A stretch of DNA of 64,000 nt from Nitrosopumilus sp. Lineage in GTDB: Archaea > Thermoproteota > Nitrososphaeria > Nitrososphaerales > Nitrosopumilaceae. Both the position numbers and the translations under genes were made by a program. Where the stretch lies: NCBI GenBank assembly GCA_965218785.1, contig OZ244650.1, positions 256,001 to 320,000 on the forward strand, written 5' to 3'. The notes under the pieces are model-generated. The model did no database searches. It was not told the DNA's origin and saw only the letters and a program-made list of their open reading frames with translations. Shown here one piece after another: positions 30,019 through 41,006 of this stretch (the stretch's first letter is position 1; every line of letters starts with the position of its first letter).

Positions 30019-31215
30019 TTGAGAATAATGCAGATTGGATTGCTAGGAAAGGCAAATGTCGGAAAATCCACATTTTTCTCGGCTGCAACGGAAACCCCCG
30101 TGGCATCTGGTAATTTCCCTTTTACGACGATCAAACCAAATATTGGCGTGGCTTATCTCAGAGCAGATTGTGCCTGCAAGCATTTTGAGATGGAGCATGA
30201 AAATGTATTATGCGTTGATGGGATCCGTTTTATCCCCGTTAATCTCATTGATGTTGCAGGACTGGTTCCCGGTGCACATGAGGGAAAAGGACTGGGAAAC
30301 CAGTTTCTTGATGATGCACGACAGGCCGAAGTCCTGATTCACGTGCTTGACATTTCTGGAAGTACTGACATTCAAGGACAGCCTGTTCCAATTGGAACAC
30401 ATGATCCTCTGCAGGATATGGTGTTTGTACAGGATGAATTTGATCAATGGTTTGCAGACATTCTCAAGAGAGAATGGGATAAAATTACCCGTGAAATTGA
30501 TCAGAAAAGGGCAAAACTCACTGATGGTATTGCAAAACGATTCACAGGATTGGGCATCAAAGATTACCAAGTACATAAAGTATTACAAAAACTAGGTCTC
30601 ATCTCCAAAAATCCAAAAGAATGGGCGGATTCTGATATCCAAACCTTTGTTAAAGAATTAAGGAAGGATACCAAACCGATGGTCATTGCTGCAAACAAGG
30701 CAGATCTCTGCCAGAGTCTTGATATTCTTAAAAAAATTTCTGATCCCGTGATTCCCTGCAGTGCCGAAACAGAATTACTTTTGCGCAAGGCATCAAAAGC
30801 CGGAATTGTGACTTACTCTCCCGGAGACGAAGGCTTTGAAATAATTAAAGGAAAAGAGATTCTGCCTCCCCAACAAAAGGCACTAGATCTGGTAAAGTCT
30901 GTATTTGATAAAATTCCATCCACTGGAATTCAAAAAATCTTAAACAGTGCCGTCTTTGACTCCCTAAAGTTCATCGTTGTATATCCGGTGGAAGATGAGA
31001 CCAAACTAACTAACAAGGACGGTGTTATTTTACCTGACACAAAACTACTTCCTCAAAACTCCACTGCAAGGGATTTGGCAGGTTTAATCCACGCCGATAT
31101 TGCCAAGGGATTCTTGCACGCAATTGACTGCAAAACCAAACAACGAATCAGCGGTGAACAGGAACTAAAAAATGGCGATGTGATCAAGGTTGTGTCCACA
31201 TTGAGTAGGGGATGA
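30019..31215 (+). CDS. ychF: YchF/Obg-family translation-associated NTPase
   Basis: GKANVGKST, FPFTTI.PN, DVAGLVPGA..GKGLGNQFL, NKAD, C-terminal TGS domain. Confidence 0.92.
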   Translation: MRIMQIGLLGKANVGKSTFFSAATETPVASGNFPFTTIKPNIGVAYLRADCACKHFEMEHENVLCVDGIRFIPVNLIDVAGLVPGAHEGKGLGNQFLDDARQAEVLIHVLDISGSTDIQGQPVPIGTHDPLQDMVFVQDEFDQWFADILKREWDKITREIDQKRAKLTDGIAKRFTGLGIKDYQVHKVLQKLGLISKNPKEWADSDIQTFVKELRKDTKPMVIAANKADLCQSLDILKKISDPVIPCSAETELLLRKASKAGIVTYSPGDEGFEIIKGKEILPPQQKALDLVKSVFDKIPSTGIQKILNSAVFDSLKFIVVYPVEDETKLTNKDGVILPDTKLLPQNSTARDLAGLIHADIAKGFLHAIDCKTKQRISGEQELKNGDVIKVVSTLSRG

Positions 31216-31216
31216 C

Positions 31217-32200
31217 ATGCTGGGTCTGGGAATCGAGAGTACTGCCCATACGTTCTCTTGTGCCATACTTGAAAAAAAAGGAAAGCAGGGCAGGATTCTC
31301 TCTGATGTGAGAAGGATTTATCGTCCCAAAGACGGGGAGGGAATTCATCCAAGGGAGGCATCACGTCATCACATTGAAAACAGTTCTCTGGTGCTGGCAG
31401 ACTGCCTTGGGGAGGCAGGTATCTCCATACGTGATTTGGATCTAATTTCTTATGCCGCAGGACCTGGACTAGGCCCGTGTCTGCGGGTAGGCGCAGTTGT
31501 TGCCAGATCTCTGGCCTCTTTTTATAAAATTCCAATCTATCCCGTAAATCATGCCATCGGCCATATTGAATTAGGAAAACTCCTTACAGGTGCAACCAAT
31601 CCCTTGGTGCTTTTAGTATCAGGCGGTCATACCATGATTCTTGCATTTCTCAACAAGCAGTGGAGGGTTTTTGGCGAGACTCTAGATATTACGCTGGGTC
31701 AACTGCTTGATCAATTCGGAAGATCCATCGGATTTGCCTCGCCATGTGGAAAAAATATAGAGGAACTGGCATTCAAATCTTCCAACTATGTTCCGTTACC
31801 ATACTCCGTCAAAGGCAACGATGTTTCCTTTTCTGGCTTGCTGTCTGCGACAAAATCCGCTGCAAGGAAAAACCAGATTGATGCATGTTACTCCCTTCAG
31901 GAGACTGCCTTTGCTATGATTAGTGAAGTCGTAGAACGTGCTTTGTCATTTACAGGTAAAAAGGAACTGATGATAGTCGGCGGTGTTGCAGCCAACAAAA
32001 GATTATCTGAAATGCTTCAAGATGCATGCAGGCGACACGGATGCAAATTCTTTGTAGTTCCACTGCAGTATGCGGGGGACTGTGGAAGTCAGATATGCTG
32101 GACCGGACTATTGGAATCACAGGTAAAACAGGGCACCCTGCTAAAAGATACGCTGATCACCCAATCTTGGAGATTAGATTCGGTAAAAATTGATTACTGA
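31217..32200 (+). CDS. kae1: KEOPS t6A threonylcarbamoyltransferase Kae1
   Basis: GIESTAH, GIHPREA..HH, GPGLGPCL, VNHAIGHIE, SGGHT, GETLDI. Confidence 0.95.
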   Translation: MLGLGIESTAHTFSCAILEKKGKQGRILSDVRRIYRPKDGEGIHPREASRHHIENSSLVLADCLGEAGISIRDLDLISYAAGPGLGPCLRVGAVVARSLASFYKIPIYPVNHAIGHIELGKLLTGATNPLVLLVSGGHTMILAFLNKQWRVFGETLDITLGQLLDQFGRSIGFASPCGKNIEELAFKSSNYVPLPYSVKGNDVSFSGLLSATKSAARKNQIDACYSLQETAFAMISEVVERALSFTGKKELMIVGGVAANKRLSEMLQDACRRHGCKFFVVPLQYAGDCGSQICWTGLLESQVKQGTLLKDTLITQSWRLDSVKIDY

Positions 32201-32526
32201 TTCTTGCCGCTGCTCTTTACTGCGTCTACAATACTGTTAACCCAACTTCCCGTATTGAGAACTCCAAACCTGTAGGTTTGTTCCCCCCCCTCCACTGTCT
32301 TGACAGAAAAACATGCCTTCCTCATCAGCAGCCCCTCTTTCCAGACTTTAATCACATCGCCTAATGAAATGTCCAATATCGTATCCCCCATATGTTTAGA
32401 AAAATCCAGCATTCGTGATCTAGTTTTGTCAAATGCCAATCTCTTGTTTGTCAACGTCAGAATTCCAGAGCCTAGATTATCCTCACTACAATCCTCTTGT
32501 TTTATCTTCCTTTCATCATCTTTCAT
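32194..32526 (-). CDS. Hypothetical protein (PH/GRAM-like fold possible)
   Basis: G.L.LTNKRL.F pattern and C-terminal W...I helix. Confidence 0.7.
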   Translation of the reverse strand: MKDDERKIKQEDCSEDNLGSGILTLTNKRLAFDKTRSRMLDFSKHMGDTILDISLGDVIKVWKEGLLMRKACFSVKTVEGGEQTYRFGVLNTGSWVNSIVDAVKSSGKNQ

Positions 32527-32563
32527 GATTAATTTTTATTGAATTCCTTTGGATATAATGTTA

Positions 32564-33187
32564 ATGAAATTAAGAAAAAAAGGAGCAGAGGCCGACATAT
32601 ATCAAACCAAATGGCAGGATTCTAACGCAATTCTCAAAATTCGAAAAATAAAAAATTATCGCAATCCCGCCCTTGATTTAAAAATACGCAGACAAAGAAC
32701 GATCAAGGAATCTCAAATGTTATCCCATGTAAGATCATTGGGAATTCCCACGCCGCTTGTTTATTTTGTAAATTTGAAAAAATCGTCAATTACCATGCAG
32801 GAAATTCCTGGAACACCGGTTCATGATCTCCCTGAATCCAAAATTATTGCACTATCCAGACAAATTGGAAAACTAGTTGGAGTACTACATAAAAACGGGG
32901 TAATGCATGGAGACCTGACTACATCTAATTTCATACTATTCAAAAATACTACTGTTTTCGTCATTGATTTTGGGCTATCTCAAAATACGGTAAAACCCGA
33001 AGATCATGCAGTTGATCTTAGATTGATCAAAGAAATTCTTAACAGCGCTCATGCAAAAATCATGGCTCCTGCCTGGAAAAACTTTCTGATTGGCTACAAA
33101 TCCGTGGTTGGATACTCGAATTATGTCAAAATTACAAAACTAGTTTTAGATATAGAAAGTCGTGGTAGATATGCAACAGTCGTTTGA
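32564..33187 (+). CDS. bud32: KEOPS kinase/ATPase Bud32
   Basis: KGAEA, K.R..K.YR...LD, HGDLTTSN, IDFGLS, AVDL, RGRY. Confidence 0.93.
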   Translation: MKLRKKGAEADIYQTKWQDSNAILKIRKIKNYRNPALDLKIRRQRTIKESQMLSHVRSLGIPTPLVYFVNLKKSSITMQEIPGTPVHDLPESKIIALSRQIGKLVGVLHKNGVMHGDLTTSNFILFKNTTVFVIDFGLSQNTVKPEDHAVDLRLIKEILNSAHAKIMAPAWKNFLIGYKSVVGYSNYVKITKLVLDIESRGRYATVV

Positions 33188-33737
33188 CCTGCTTTTTGCG
33201 TCTTCAAATCGCCACAAATATCAGGAGGCAAAAAAAATTTTAGATCCCTTTGGAATAAATCTCGGTTTTTTTAAATCCGAGCTCGAAGAAATCCAGTCAA
33301 ATTCATTAAAAGACATAGCATCAAAAAAAGCAAAAGAGGCATTTTCCAAATGTAAACAACCAGTCATAATTGAAGACGACGGCCTGTTCATTGATTCACT
33401 TGGTGGGTTTCCAGGCCCATACTCGTCATATGTCTTCAAGACGATTGGAAACAAGGGAATTCTCAATCTTCTCAAAGATAACAGATCAGCAAAATTTGTC
33501 TCTGTTATTAGTTACTGTGATGGAAAAACGCTGCAATCATTTGATGCAAAACTTGACGGCACCATATCATGTTCGGAAAAAGCAAAAGGCTGGGGATATG
33601 ATCCGATCTTTATTCCAAAAGGTACAAAGAAAACATTTGCCCAATTAAATAACAAAAATGATCTGTCACACAGATACAAGGCATTAAAATTTTTTTCTAA
33701 CTGGTATCTACACAAGCAGGAATCCAGCGATCGATGA
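33171..33737 (+). CDS. rdgB: Non-canonical purine NTP pyrophosphatase (RdgB/HAM1)
   Basis: SSNRHK, EEIQ, EDDGL, FPGPYS, GWGYDPIF, SHR. Confidence 0.93.
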   Translation: MQQSFDLLFASSNRHKYQEAKKILDPFGINLGFFKSELEEIQSNSLKDIASKKAKEAFSKCKQPVIIEDDGLFIDSLGGFPGPYSSYVFKTIGNKGILNLLKDNRSAKFVSVISYCDGKTLQSFDAKLDGTISCSEKAKGWGYDPIFIPKGTKKTFAQLNNKNDLSHRYKALKFFSNWYLHKQESSDR

Positions 33738-34731
33738 ATCGCTGACTGTTCTGCAAAATTGAAATTCTTGAAATAGTGCTTTCATCCATTATTGAAAATA
33801 TCTTGCTATGTTCTGATATCTGTTCGCTGAAACTCCTTACTTCGTCCATTTCCAGCATATCTGAATGTTCTAGTCTGTTAGTTGAACGGCCAATATGCAT
33901 GTATGATTTTATTTCAATAAAGTGCGGACTTGCTTTTCTAAACATTTCTGCAAACGCTGGAATCATTTCCTTTTTGTCATTATAGCCTCTAATCAAAGTA
34001 ATTCTTAACACCGTCCTTGTTTTCAAATGCTTTAACATGTCAAGGGTTCTGTTCCATCTTTCCCAGGAATCATCATATTTTGGTTTGTTTATTCTCACAA
34101 ATGATTCATAGTCTGCCGCATTAGTTGATAAATACAGCTGTGTAGGCAGCGCATCCTCGTCTTGCAGTCTTTGAATCATGTCCGGTTCCTGTCCGTTAGT
34201 TACAAGAAAGATTGATTTTGTTGTCTCAAGTGACTTTAGATATTTGATCAGTTCTGGCAGTTTTGGATACATCGTCGGTTCGCCAGAAAGTGAAATTGAA
34301 TAATGACTTGGCAGTAATGACTCGTCTAATCTCTGTTTATCATTTCTTGAATCCCCATAATATCCATTGATTAATTTTTTTCTTTCAGCCATCAATTTTG
34401 TCAATATCTCTTCAGGTTCTGCAACCTGTTCTGGTTTCATTTCTAATAACTCATAAAACTCCATTGGCCTCCAACAGTATACACAGCGATTTTCACAGTA
34501 CATACCGGCCGGAGAAAATTCCATACATCTGTGGGTAGAAATTCCATAAAACTTGTGCTTGTAACAGCTTCCCTCGTGCTTGAAGGATTTTTTTGTCCAA
34601 TGACACAGTTCCACTGTGGAATGATCAGCAACACCATACTTTGCCTTTTTTAACTGCGCAGATATTGCCGGTCTTATCTGGATCAGATGGTCATCTTCTT
34701 CCTCAACTGTCTCCCCTGAACAACTCATCAA
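33697..34731 (-). CDS. taw1: 4-demethylwyosine synthase TYW1/Taw1 (radical SAM)
   Basis: CHWTK, CYK.KFYGI..HRC, CENRCVYCWR, ISLSGEPT, IEIKSY. Confidence 0.95.
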   Translation of the reverse strand: MMSCSGETVEEEDDHLIQIRPAISAQLKKAKYGVADHSTVELCHWTKKSFKHEGSCYKHKFYGISTHRCMEFSPAGMYCENRCVYCWRPMEFYELLEMKPEQVAEPEEILTKLMAERKKLINGYYGDSRNDKQRLDESLLPSHYSISLSGEPTMYPKLPELIKYLKSLETTKSIFLVTNGQEPDMIQRLQDEDALPTQLYLSTNAADYESFVRINKPKYDDSWERWNRTLDMLKHLKTRTVLRITLIRGYNDKKEMIPAFAEMFRKASPHFIEIKSYMHIGRSTNRLEHSDMLEMDEVRSFSEQISEHSKIFSIMDESTISRISILQNSQRFIDRWIPACVDTS

Positions 34732-35068
34732 TTCAAATCTTCTTCTGTCTTACTTAAATTGATCGAGTTTTTTCCGTTTAACTGGAATTTCTCAAATCTG
34801 TTATAATTGAGAAGATTTCAGTCTATCTCATGATTCCTACGACAGCACACATCAGGCAGAGATTCAGATTCGGGCTGATCACTGGGCAATACCTCAAATC
34901 TCATACTAAAGCCGCCCCGTTGGCAGTCCATCCGGGGCTTTCTGGGGTTAATCCTAATTGATCTGTTGGCATAGATCTGAGGATATTTTGCTCAATTTTT
35001 GAACACATTTTGGAATACTAATTTTAGAGTGAGGTTTAATAACTGGATCCTCGGGGTAATTTTAGATA

Positions 35069-37504
35069 TTGAAACGAATACATATTTTGCCATTCCTAGT
35101 TCTGCTTTTAACCACATTAACAAGTATGCCTGTAAACTATAGTTTTGCCGCTGATGATTTGGATAATGATGGCGTTGAAGATTCAATAGATGCCTGTCCA
35201 AATTTACAAGAAGACAATGTTGGCCCAATTGACGGGTGCCCATCAGACTTTGTTCCATGGTATGATGAAGATTTTGATGGCATAGAAGATCATGTTGATC
35301 AGTGCCCAGATCTTAGAGAAAATTACAACAAGTTCCAGGATGAAGACGGCTGTCCTGATTCGTCTTCCGGAGATGGATCAGGTGAAGCTCCCGATGCTGA
35401 TGATGACGGGTTTAATGATTATGTGGATAACTGTCCAAACCAGCCAGAAACATTCAACGGGGTTGATGATGCCGACGGCTGCCCTGATGATTTTAACTCA
35501 GATGACAGGGATGGAGATGGTGTACCTGATGCAACTGATGCGTGTCCATTAAGTATGGAGACTTATAATAAATTTCAAGACGACGACGGCTGTCCTGATA
35601 CTGTAAACGAATCCACTTATACTGATGTTGATAATGACGGCGTTCCAGATACAATTGATATGTGTTTGACTGAACCCGAAGTGTATAATGGCTATCTTGA
35701 CACCGACGGATGTCCGGACACCTCATTAGGTTCTTCATTTATTGATACTGACAATGATGGAATAGCAGACCAATTTGATGTATGTGTTACTGACGCGGAA
35801 ACTTACAACAGATTTGCCGATTACGACGGCTGCCCTGATGTTCCTCCATCATTTACAGGCACATTAAATGATACAGATGGTGATAAAATTATGGGCTCTG
35901 ATGATGCATGTCCACTACAACCTGAAAGATACAACGGATTCCAGGATGATGACGGCTGCCCTGATATTCCTCCTTATTCTAGTGATTCTGATTCAGATCT
36001 TGATGGAATAATAAATAGTGTTGATCAATGTCCCGAAGTAAAAGAAACCTACAACAAGTTCCAGGATGATGACGGCTGCCCTGACTTTGTTAGTAATAAT
36101 AAAGAAATTCCAGATACTGATGATGACAAAATCAATGATTATGTAGACCTGTGTCCAACACAGCCAGAAACATACAATGGTATTTTTGACATCGACGGCT
36201 GTCCTGATACTGTAAATACAACGGACAGAGATTCGGATGGAATTCCTGATAATTTAGATCAGTGTCAAACTGCCAAAGAAACTTACAACGGATTACAAGA
36301 TTATGACGGCTGTCCGGATAGCATATCTGGATATTCTGCAATAGACTTTGACGGTGATAGAATTTCTGACTTGAGTGATAATTGCCCACTTGAAGCAGAA
36401 GTGTATAATGGATATCTTGACAACGACGGCTGCCCTGATATTCTAGTTGCAGATACTGATGATGATGGAATTAGAGATACGTTAGATCAATGTCCTGAAA
36501 CTGCAGAAACTTGGAACAGGTATCTTGACAACGACGGCTGTCCGGATAATCCCTCTGAATTTGATTCAGACTTTGATGGCATTGTGGATTCAGTAGATCA
36601 ATGCCCTTTTACTGGGGAACGTTACAACAACTTTGAAGATGATGACGGCTGCCCAGATTACCCAGATTACACTACCAGCTTAGATTCCGACTTTGACGGA
36701 CTCGCCGATGAATTAGATCAATGTCCTAAAGTAAAAGAAACCTACAACAAGTTCCAGGATGAAGACGGCTGTCCGGACTCTGTAGCAGACAACAAGGAAA
36801 CTCCGGATTCAGATAATGATGGAATTAATGATTACAATGATAACTGTCCAACACAGCCAGAAACCTATGATGGAATTCTTGATACTGATGGCTGCCCTGA
36901 TAATTATATTTCAAATAATGATCGTGACCTAGATGGAATTTTAGACGAAGTTGATGCATGTCCGAGTGCCAAAGAAACCTACAACAAGTTCCAGGATAGT
37001 GACGGCTGTCCGGACTCTGTAACAGAGTCATTTGTTGTTGATACTGATAATGACGGCATCGATGATGTTGATGATAATTGCCCACTAGTTGCTGAAAATT
37101 ACAACGGATTACAAGATGAAGACGGCTGTCCGGATGTTGATGACACCCAGCCTGACAGTGACGGTGACGGTGTTACAGATGCAATGGATCTGTGTCCAGA
37201 CCTAGATGAAGTCTGGAATAGATATGTTGACTATGACGGCTGTCCCGATTCCCTCCCAACTGTAGATGCTACATATGACAGTGACGGGGATGAAATAAAT
37301 GACGATATTGATTTATGTCCAAATGAAAAAGAAGTCTGGAATAAATACAATGATCATGACGGCTGCCCAGATGCTGTCCCAGAACAGTCAAGATACAAAC
37401 ATGATGCTGATTTAGATGATATTATCAATGACTACGATCTATGTCCCCTTGAACCAGAAGATTATGACGGAGATAGAGATGCCGATGGATGCCCCGACCA
37501 ATAG
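35069..37504 (+). CDS. Secreted thrombospondin type-3 repeat (Ca2+-binding) protein 1
   Basis: Signal peptide followed almost wholly by DxDxDGxxDxxDxCP...N...DxDGCPD repeats. Confidence 0.9.
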   Translation: MKRIHILPFLVLLLTTLTSMPVNYSFAADDLDNDGVEDSIDACPNLQEDNVGPIDGCPSDFVPWYDEDFDGIEDHVDQCPDLRENYNKFQDEDGCPDSSSGDGSGEAPDADDDGFNDYVDNCPNQPETFNGVDDADGCPDDFNSDDRDGDGVPDATDACPLSMETYNKFQDDDGCPDTVNESTYTDVDNDGVPDTIDMCLTEPEVYNGYLDTDGCPDTSLGSSFIDTDNDGIADQFDVCVTDAETYNRFADYDGCPDVPPSFTGTLNDTDGDKIMGSDDACPLQPERYNGFQDDDGCPDIPPYSSDSDSDLDGIINSVDQCPEVKETYNKFQDDDGCPDFVSNNKEIPDTDDDKINDYVDLCPTQPETYNGIFDIDGCPDTVNTTDRDSDGIPDNLDQCQTAKETYNGLQDYDGCPDSISGYSAIDFDGDRISDLSDNCPLEAEVYNGYLDNDGCPDILVADTDDDGIRDTLDQCPETAETWNRYLDNDGCPDNPSEFDSDFDGIVDSVDQCPFTGERYNNFEDDDGCPDYPDYTTSLDSDFDGLADELDQCPKVKETYNKFQDEDGCPDSVADNKETPDSDNDGINDYNDNCPTQPETYDGILDTDGCPDNYISNNDRDLDGILDEVDACPSAKETYNKFQDSDGCPDSVTESFVVDTDNDGIDDVDDNCPLVAENYNGLQDEDGCPDVDDTQPDSDGDGVTDAMDLCPDLDEVWNRYVDYDGCPDSLPTVDATYDSDGDEINDDIDLCPNEKEVWNKYNDHDGCPDAVPEQSRYKHDADLDDIINDYDLCPLEPEDYDGDRDADGCPDQ

Positions 37505-37516
37505 CAGTATCTCAAA

Positions 37517-40500
37517 ATGAAAAAACATCATCTTGCAGGATTTTTGCTTTTACTCATCTCTACCATTGGTATGACGCAAAGTGGTGTTTATGCAAATGAA
37601 TCAATTGACAATGACGGTGATGGCGTTCCAAATAATGTTGATCAATGCCCAAACCTTCTAGAGGATTATGATCCGCAATACGGCGGCAACATTGACGGCT
37701 GTCCGGCGGACTTTGTTCCGTGGTATGACACTGATAGTGACGGAATACAGGATCATATTGACAACTGTCCAACCGTAAAAGAAACCTATAACCAGGTTCA
37801 GGATGAAGACGGCTGCCCTGATTTATCATCTTATGATGCAAAGAAGACCGCAGATTCTGACGGTGACGGCTTTCCAGATTATCTGGATTTGTGTCCAAAC
37901 CAGCCAGAAACATTCAATGGAATTGATGACAAGGACGGATGTCCTGATGATTCACTGACATCAAGGGATGGCGACAATGACGGACTTTCAGATACTGTGG
38001 ATGCATGTCCGCTGGAGCCTGAAACATACAACAGATTCCAAGACAGTGACGGCTGCCCTGATACTGTTGATGCAACTGCACCCCAGTACCAGTTCCCTGA
38101 CGCTGACGGCGACAGAATAGATGACAGGTGGGACGCATGCACAGACGAGCAGGAGAACTATAACGGATATCTGGACTGGGACGGCTGCCCGGACGTACCT
38201 GGAGCAGATTCTCCTAAAATATCTGATGGTGATTATGACGGCATTCCAGATTCTGATGATGCATGTCCGTTAGAGCGCGAGAATTACAATAAATTCCAAG
38301 ATGACGACGGCTGTCCGGACATCATTGATTATCAAATAGTAGGTGATGCTGATTATGATGCCATTTTGGATCCAAATGATTCCTGCCCATTTAGTCCTGA
38401 AACATACAACCTGTTTGAAGATCTAGACGGCTGTCCTGATTCCATAATAGACAACAAACGAACCGCCGATTCTGACGGCGACGGCTTTCCAGATTATCTG
38501 GATTTGTGTCCAAACCAGCCAGAAACATTCAATGGAACTGATGACAAGGACGGATGTCCTGATGATTCACTGACATCAAGGGATGGCGACAGTGACGGTA
38601 TAATCGATACCTCCGATGCATGTCCGCTGGAACCTGAAACTTACAACGGATTCCAGGATGGCGACGGCTGCCCTGATGTTGTTGATGCAACTGCACCCCA
38701 GTACCAGTTCCCTGACGCTGACGGCGACAGAATAGATGACAGGTGGGACGCATGCACAGACGAGCAGGAGAACTATAACGGATACCTGGACTGGGACGGC
38801 TGCCCGGACGTTGAGGGCACGACTGCAGGCGACGTATCTGACGTTGATTATGACGGTATTCCAGATCACTCAGATCAGTGTCCGAGACTAGCTGAAAGAC
38901 ACAACGGATTCCAAGACGACGACGGCTGCCCGGATATTGTTGATTTCCGAACAATCAGTGACACCGATTCTGACGGCATTTATGATGATCTAGATTACTG
39001 TCCAAATTCCAAGGAAACTTACAACTTTTATTTGGATGAAGACGGCTGCCCTGATTACGTGGCAGAGAACAAAAAAACCGCAGATTCTGACGGTGACGGC
39101 TTTCCAGATTATCTGGATTTGTGCCCAACACAGCCAGAAACATTCAATGGAATTGATGACAAGGACGGATGTCCGGATAATTCACTGACATCAAAGGATG
39201 GCGATGATGACGGACTTTTAGATACTGTGGATGCATGTCCGCTGGAACCTGAAACATACAACGGATTCCAGGACGGTGACGGATGTCCTGATGATGTAGA
39301 TGCAACTATACCCCAGTACTATTTCCCCGACAATGACGATGACAGAATAGATGACAGGTGGGACGCATGCGCAGACGAGCAGGAGAACTATAACGGATAC
39401 CTGGACTGGGACGGCTGCCCGGACGTACCTGGAGCAGATTCTCCTAAAATATCTGACGGTGATTATGACGGCATTCCAGATTCTGATGATGCATGTCCGT
39501 TAGAGCGCGAGAATTACAACAGATTCCAAGATGACGACGGCTGTCCTGACATCATTGATTATCAAATAGTAGGTGATGCTGATTATGATGCCATTTTGGA
39601 TCCAAATGATTCCTGCCCATTTAGTCCTGAAACATACAACCTGTTTGAAGATCTAGACGGCTGCCCTGATTACGTGGCAGACAACAAAAAAACCGCCGAT
39701 TCTGACGGTGACGGCTTTCCAGATCATCTGGACCTGTGCCCAACACAGCCAGAAACATTCAATGGAATTGATGACAAGGACGGATGTCCGGATAATTCAC
39801 TGACATCAAAGGATGGCGATGATGACGGACTTTTAGATACTGTGGATGCATGTCCGCTGGAACCTGAAACATACAACGGATTCCAAGATGGCGATGGCTG
39901 TCCGGATACTGTTGATGCAACTGCACCCCAGTACCAGTTTCCTGACGCTGACGGTGACAGAGTAGATGACAGGTGGGACGCATGCGCAGACGAGCAGGAA
40001 AACTATAACGGATACCTGGACTGGGATGGCTGCCCGGACTTTGAGGGTACAACTATCGGCGACGTACTTGACGGTGATTATGACGGCATTCCAGATTCCT
40101 CAGATCAATGTCCGATGCTAGCTGAAAGATACAACGGATTCCAAGACGACGACGGCTGTCCGGACAGCGTTTATTTCCAGACAGTCGGCGACACTGATTC
40201 TGACGGCATTTATGATGATATAGATGAATGCCCAACTTCCAAGGAAATTTACAACAAATATCTTGATTATGACGGCTGTCCAGATTATGTAGTAGAAAAC
40301 AAGGGAATTGCAGATTCTGACGGTGACAGCCTTCCAGATCATCTGGACCTGTGCCCAACACAGCCAGAAACATTCAATGGAATTGATGACAAGGACGGAT
40401 GTCCGGATAATTCACTGACATCAAGGGATGGCGATGATGACGGACTTTTAGATACTGTAGATGCATGTCCACTGGAACCTGAAACATACAACGGATTCCA

Positions 40501-40918
40501 AGATGGCGATGGCTGCCCGGATACTGTTGATGCAACTGCACCCCAGTACCAGTTCCCTGACGCTGACGGTGACAGAGTAGATGACAGGTGGGATTCCTGC
40601 ATTGACGAGCAGGAGAACTATAACGGATACCTGGACTGGGACGGCTGCCCGGACGTATTTGCAGCAGAATCTACGGTTCCTGCATACTCTGACTCTGACG
40701 GTGATGGATATCAGGATGATGCTGATTCCTGCCCGATAAATCCTGAAACTTGGAATAAATATCTGGACTGGGATGGCTGCCCTGATACTGCCCCGGAACA
40801 AAAGAGATTTCTCCAAGATGATGACCTAGATGGAATCCACAATGATGTGGATCAGTGTCCTCTTAGCCCTGAAGATTATGACGGGGACAGGGACGAAGAC
40901 GGCTGTCCTGACCAATAA
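37517..40918 (+). CDS. Secreted thrombospondin type-3 repeat protein 2
   Basis: Signal peptide; TSP3-like repeats; 615-bp period. Confidence 0.9.
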   Translation: MKKHHLAGFLLLLISTIGMTQSGVYANESIDNDGDGVPNNVDQCPNLLEDYDPQYGGNIDGCPADFVPWYDTDSDGIQDHIDNCPTVKETYNQVQDEDGCPDLSSYDAKKTADSDGDGFPDYLDLCPNQPETFNGIDDKDGCPDDSLTSRDGDNDGLSDTVDACPLEPETYNRFQDSDGCPDTVDATAPQYQFPDADGDRIDDRWDACTDEQENYNGYLDWDGCPDVPGADSPKISDGDYDGIPDSDDACPLERENYNKFQDDDGCPDIIDYQIVGDADYDAILDPNDSCPFSPETYNLFEDLDGCPDSIIDNKRTADSDGDGFPDYLDLCPNQPETFNGTDDKDGCPDDSLTSRDGDSDGIIDTSDACPLEPETYNGFQDGDGCPDVVDATAPQYQFPDADGDRIDDRWDACTDEQENYNGYLDWDGCPDVEGTTAGDVSDVDYDGIPDHSDQCPRLAERHNGFQDDDGCPDIVDFRTISDTDSDGIYDDLDYCPNSKETYNFYLDEDGCPDYVAENKKTADSDGDGFPDYLDLCPTQPETFNGIDDKDGCPDNSLTSKDGDDDGLLDTVDACPLEPETYNGFQDGDGCPDDVDATIPQYYFPDNDDDRIDDRWDACADEQENYNGYLDWDGCPDVPGADSPKISDGDYDGIPDSDDACPLERENYNRFQDDDGCPDIIDYQIVGDADYDAILDPNDSCPFSPETYNLFEDLDGCPDYVADNKKTADSDGDGFPDHLDLCPTQPETFNGIDDKDGCPDNSLTSKDGDDDGLLDTVDACPLEPETYNGFQDGDGCPDTVDATAPQYQFPDADGDRVDDRWDACADEQENYNGYLDWDGCPDFEGTTIGDVLDGDYDGIPDSSDQCPMLAERYNGFQDDDGCPDSVYFQTVGDTDSDGIYDDIDECPTSKEIYNKYLDYDGCPDYVVENKGIADSDGDSLPDHLDLCPTQPETFNGIDDKDGCPDNSLTSRDGDDDGLLDTVDACPLEPETYNGFQDGDGCPDTVDATAPQYQFPDADGDRVDDRWDSCIDEQENYNGYLDWDGCPDVFAAESTVPAYSDSDGDGYQDDADSCPINPETWNKYLDWDGCPDTAPEQKRFLQDDDLDGIHNDVDQCPLSPEDYDGDRDEDGCPDQ
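37853..40660 (+). repeat. 615-bp coding super-repeat, about 4.5 units
   Basis: gattctgacgg anchor at 37853, 38468, 39083, 39698 and 40313. Confidence 0.92.
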
Positions 40919-41006
40919 ACCAACTTTTAATGATTTTTAGTTTGATTAAAAGAAACTATTTAGCGTGAGACTTAATAAATACTTGATAATAGCGGAGTCA
41001 GGAATA

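Noticed and set aside
27858-34731. tRNA-modification gene cluster as a novel system
   Set aside because: Ordinary archaeal core genes with known functions.
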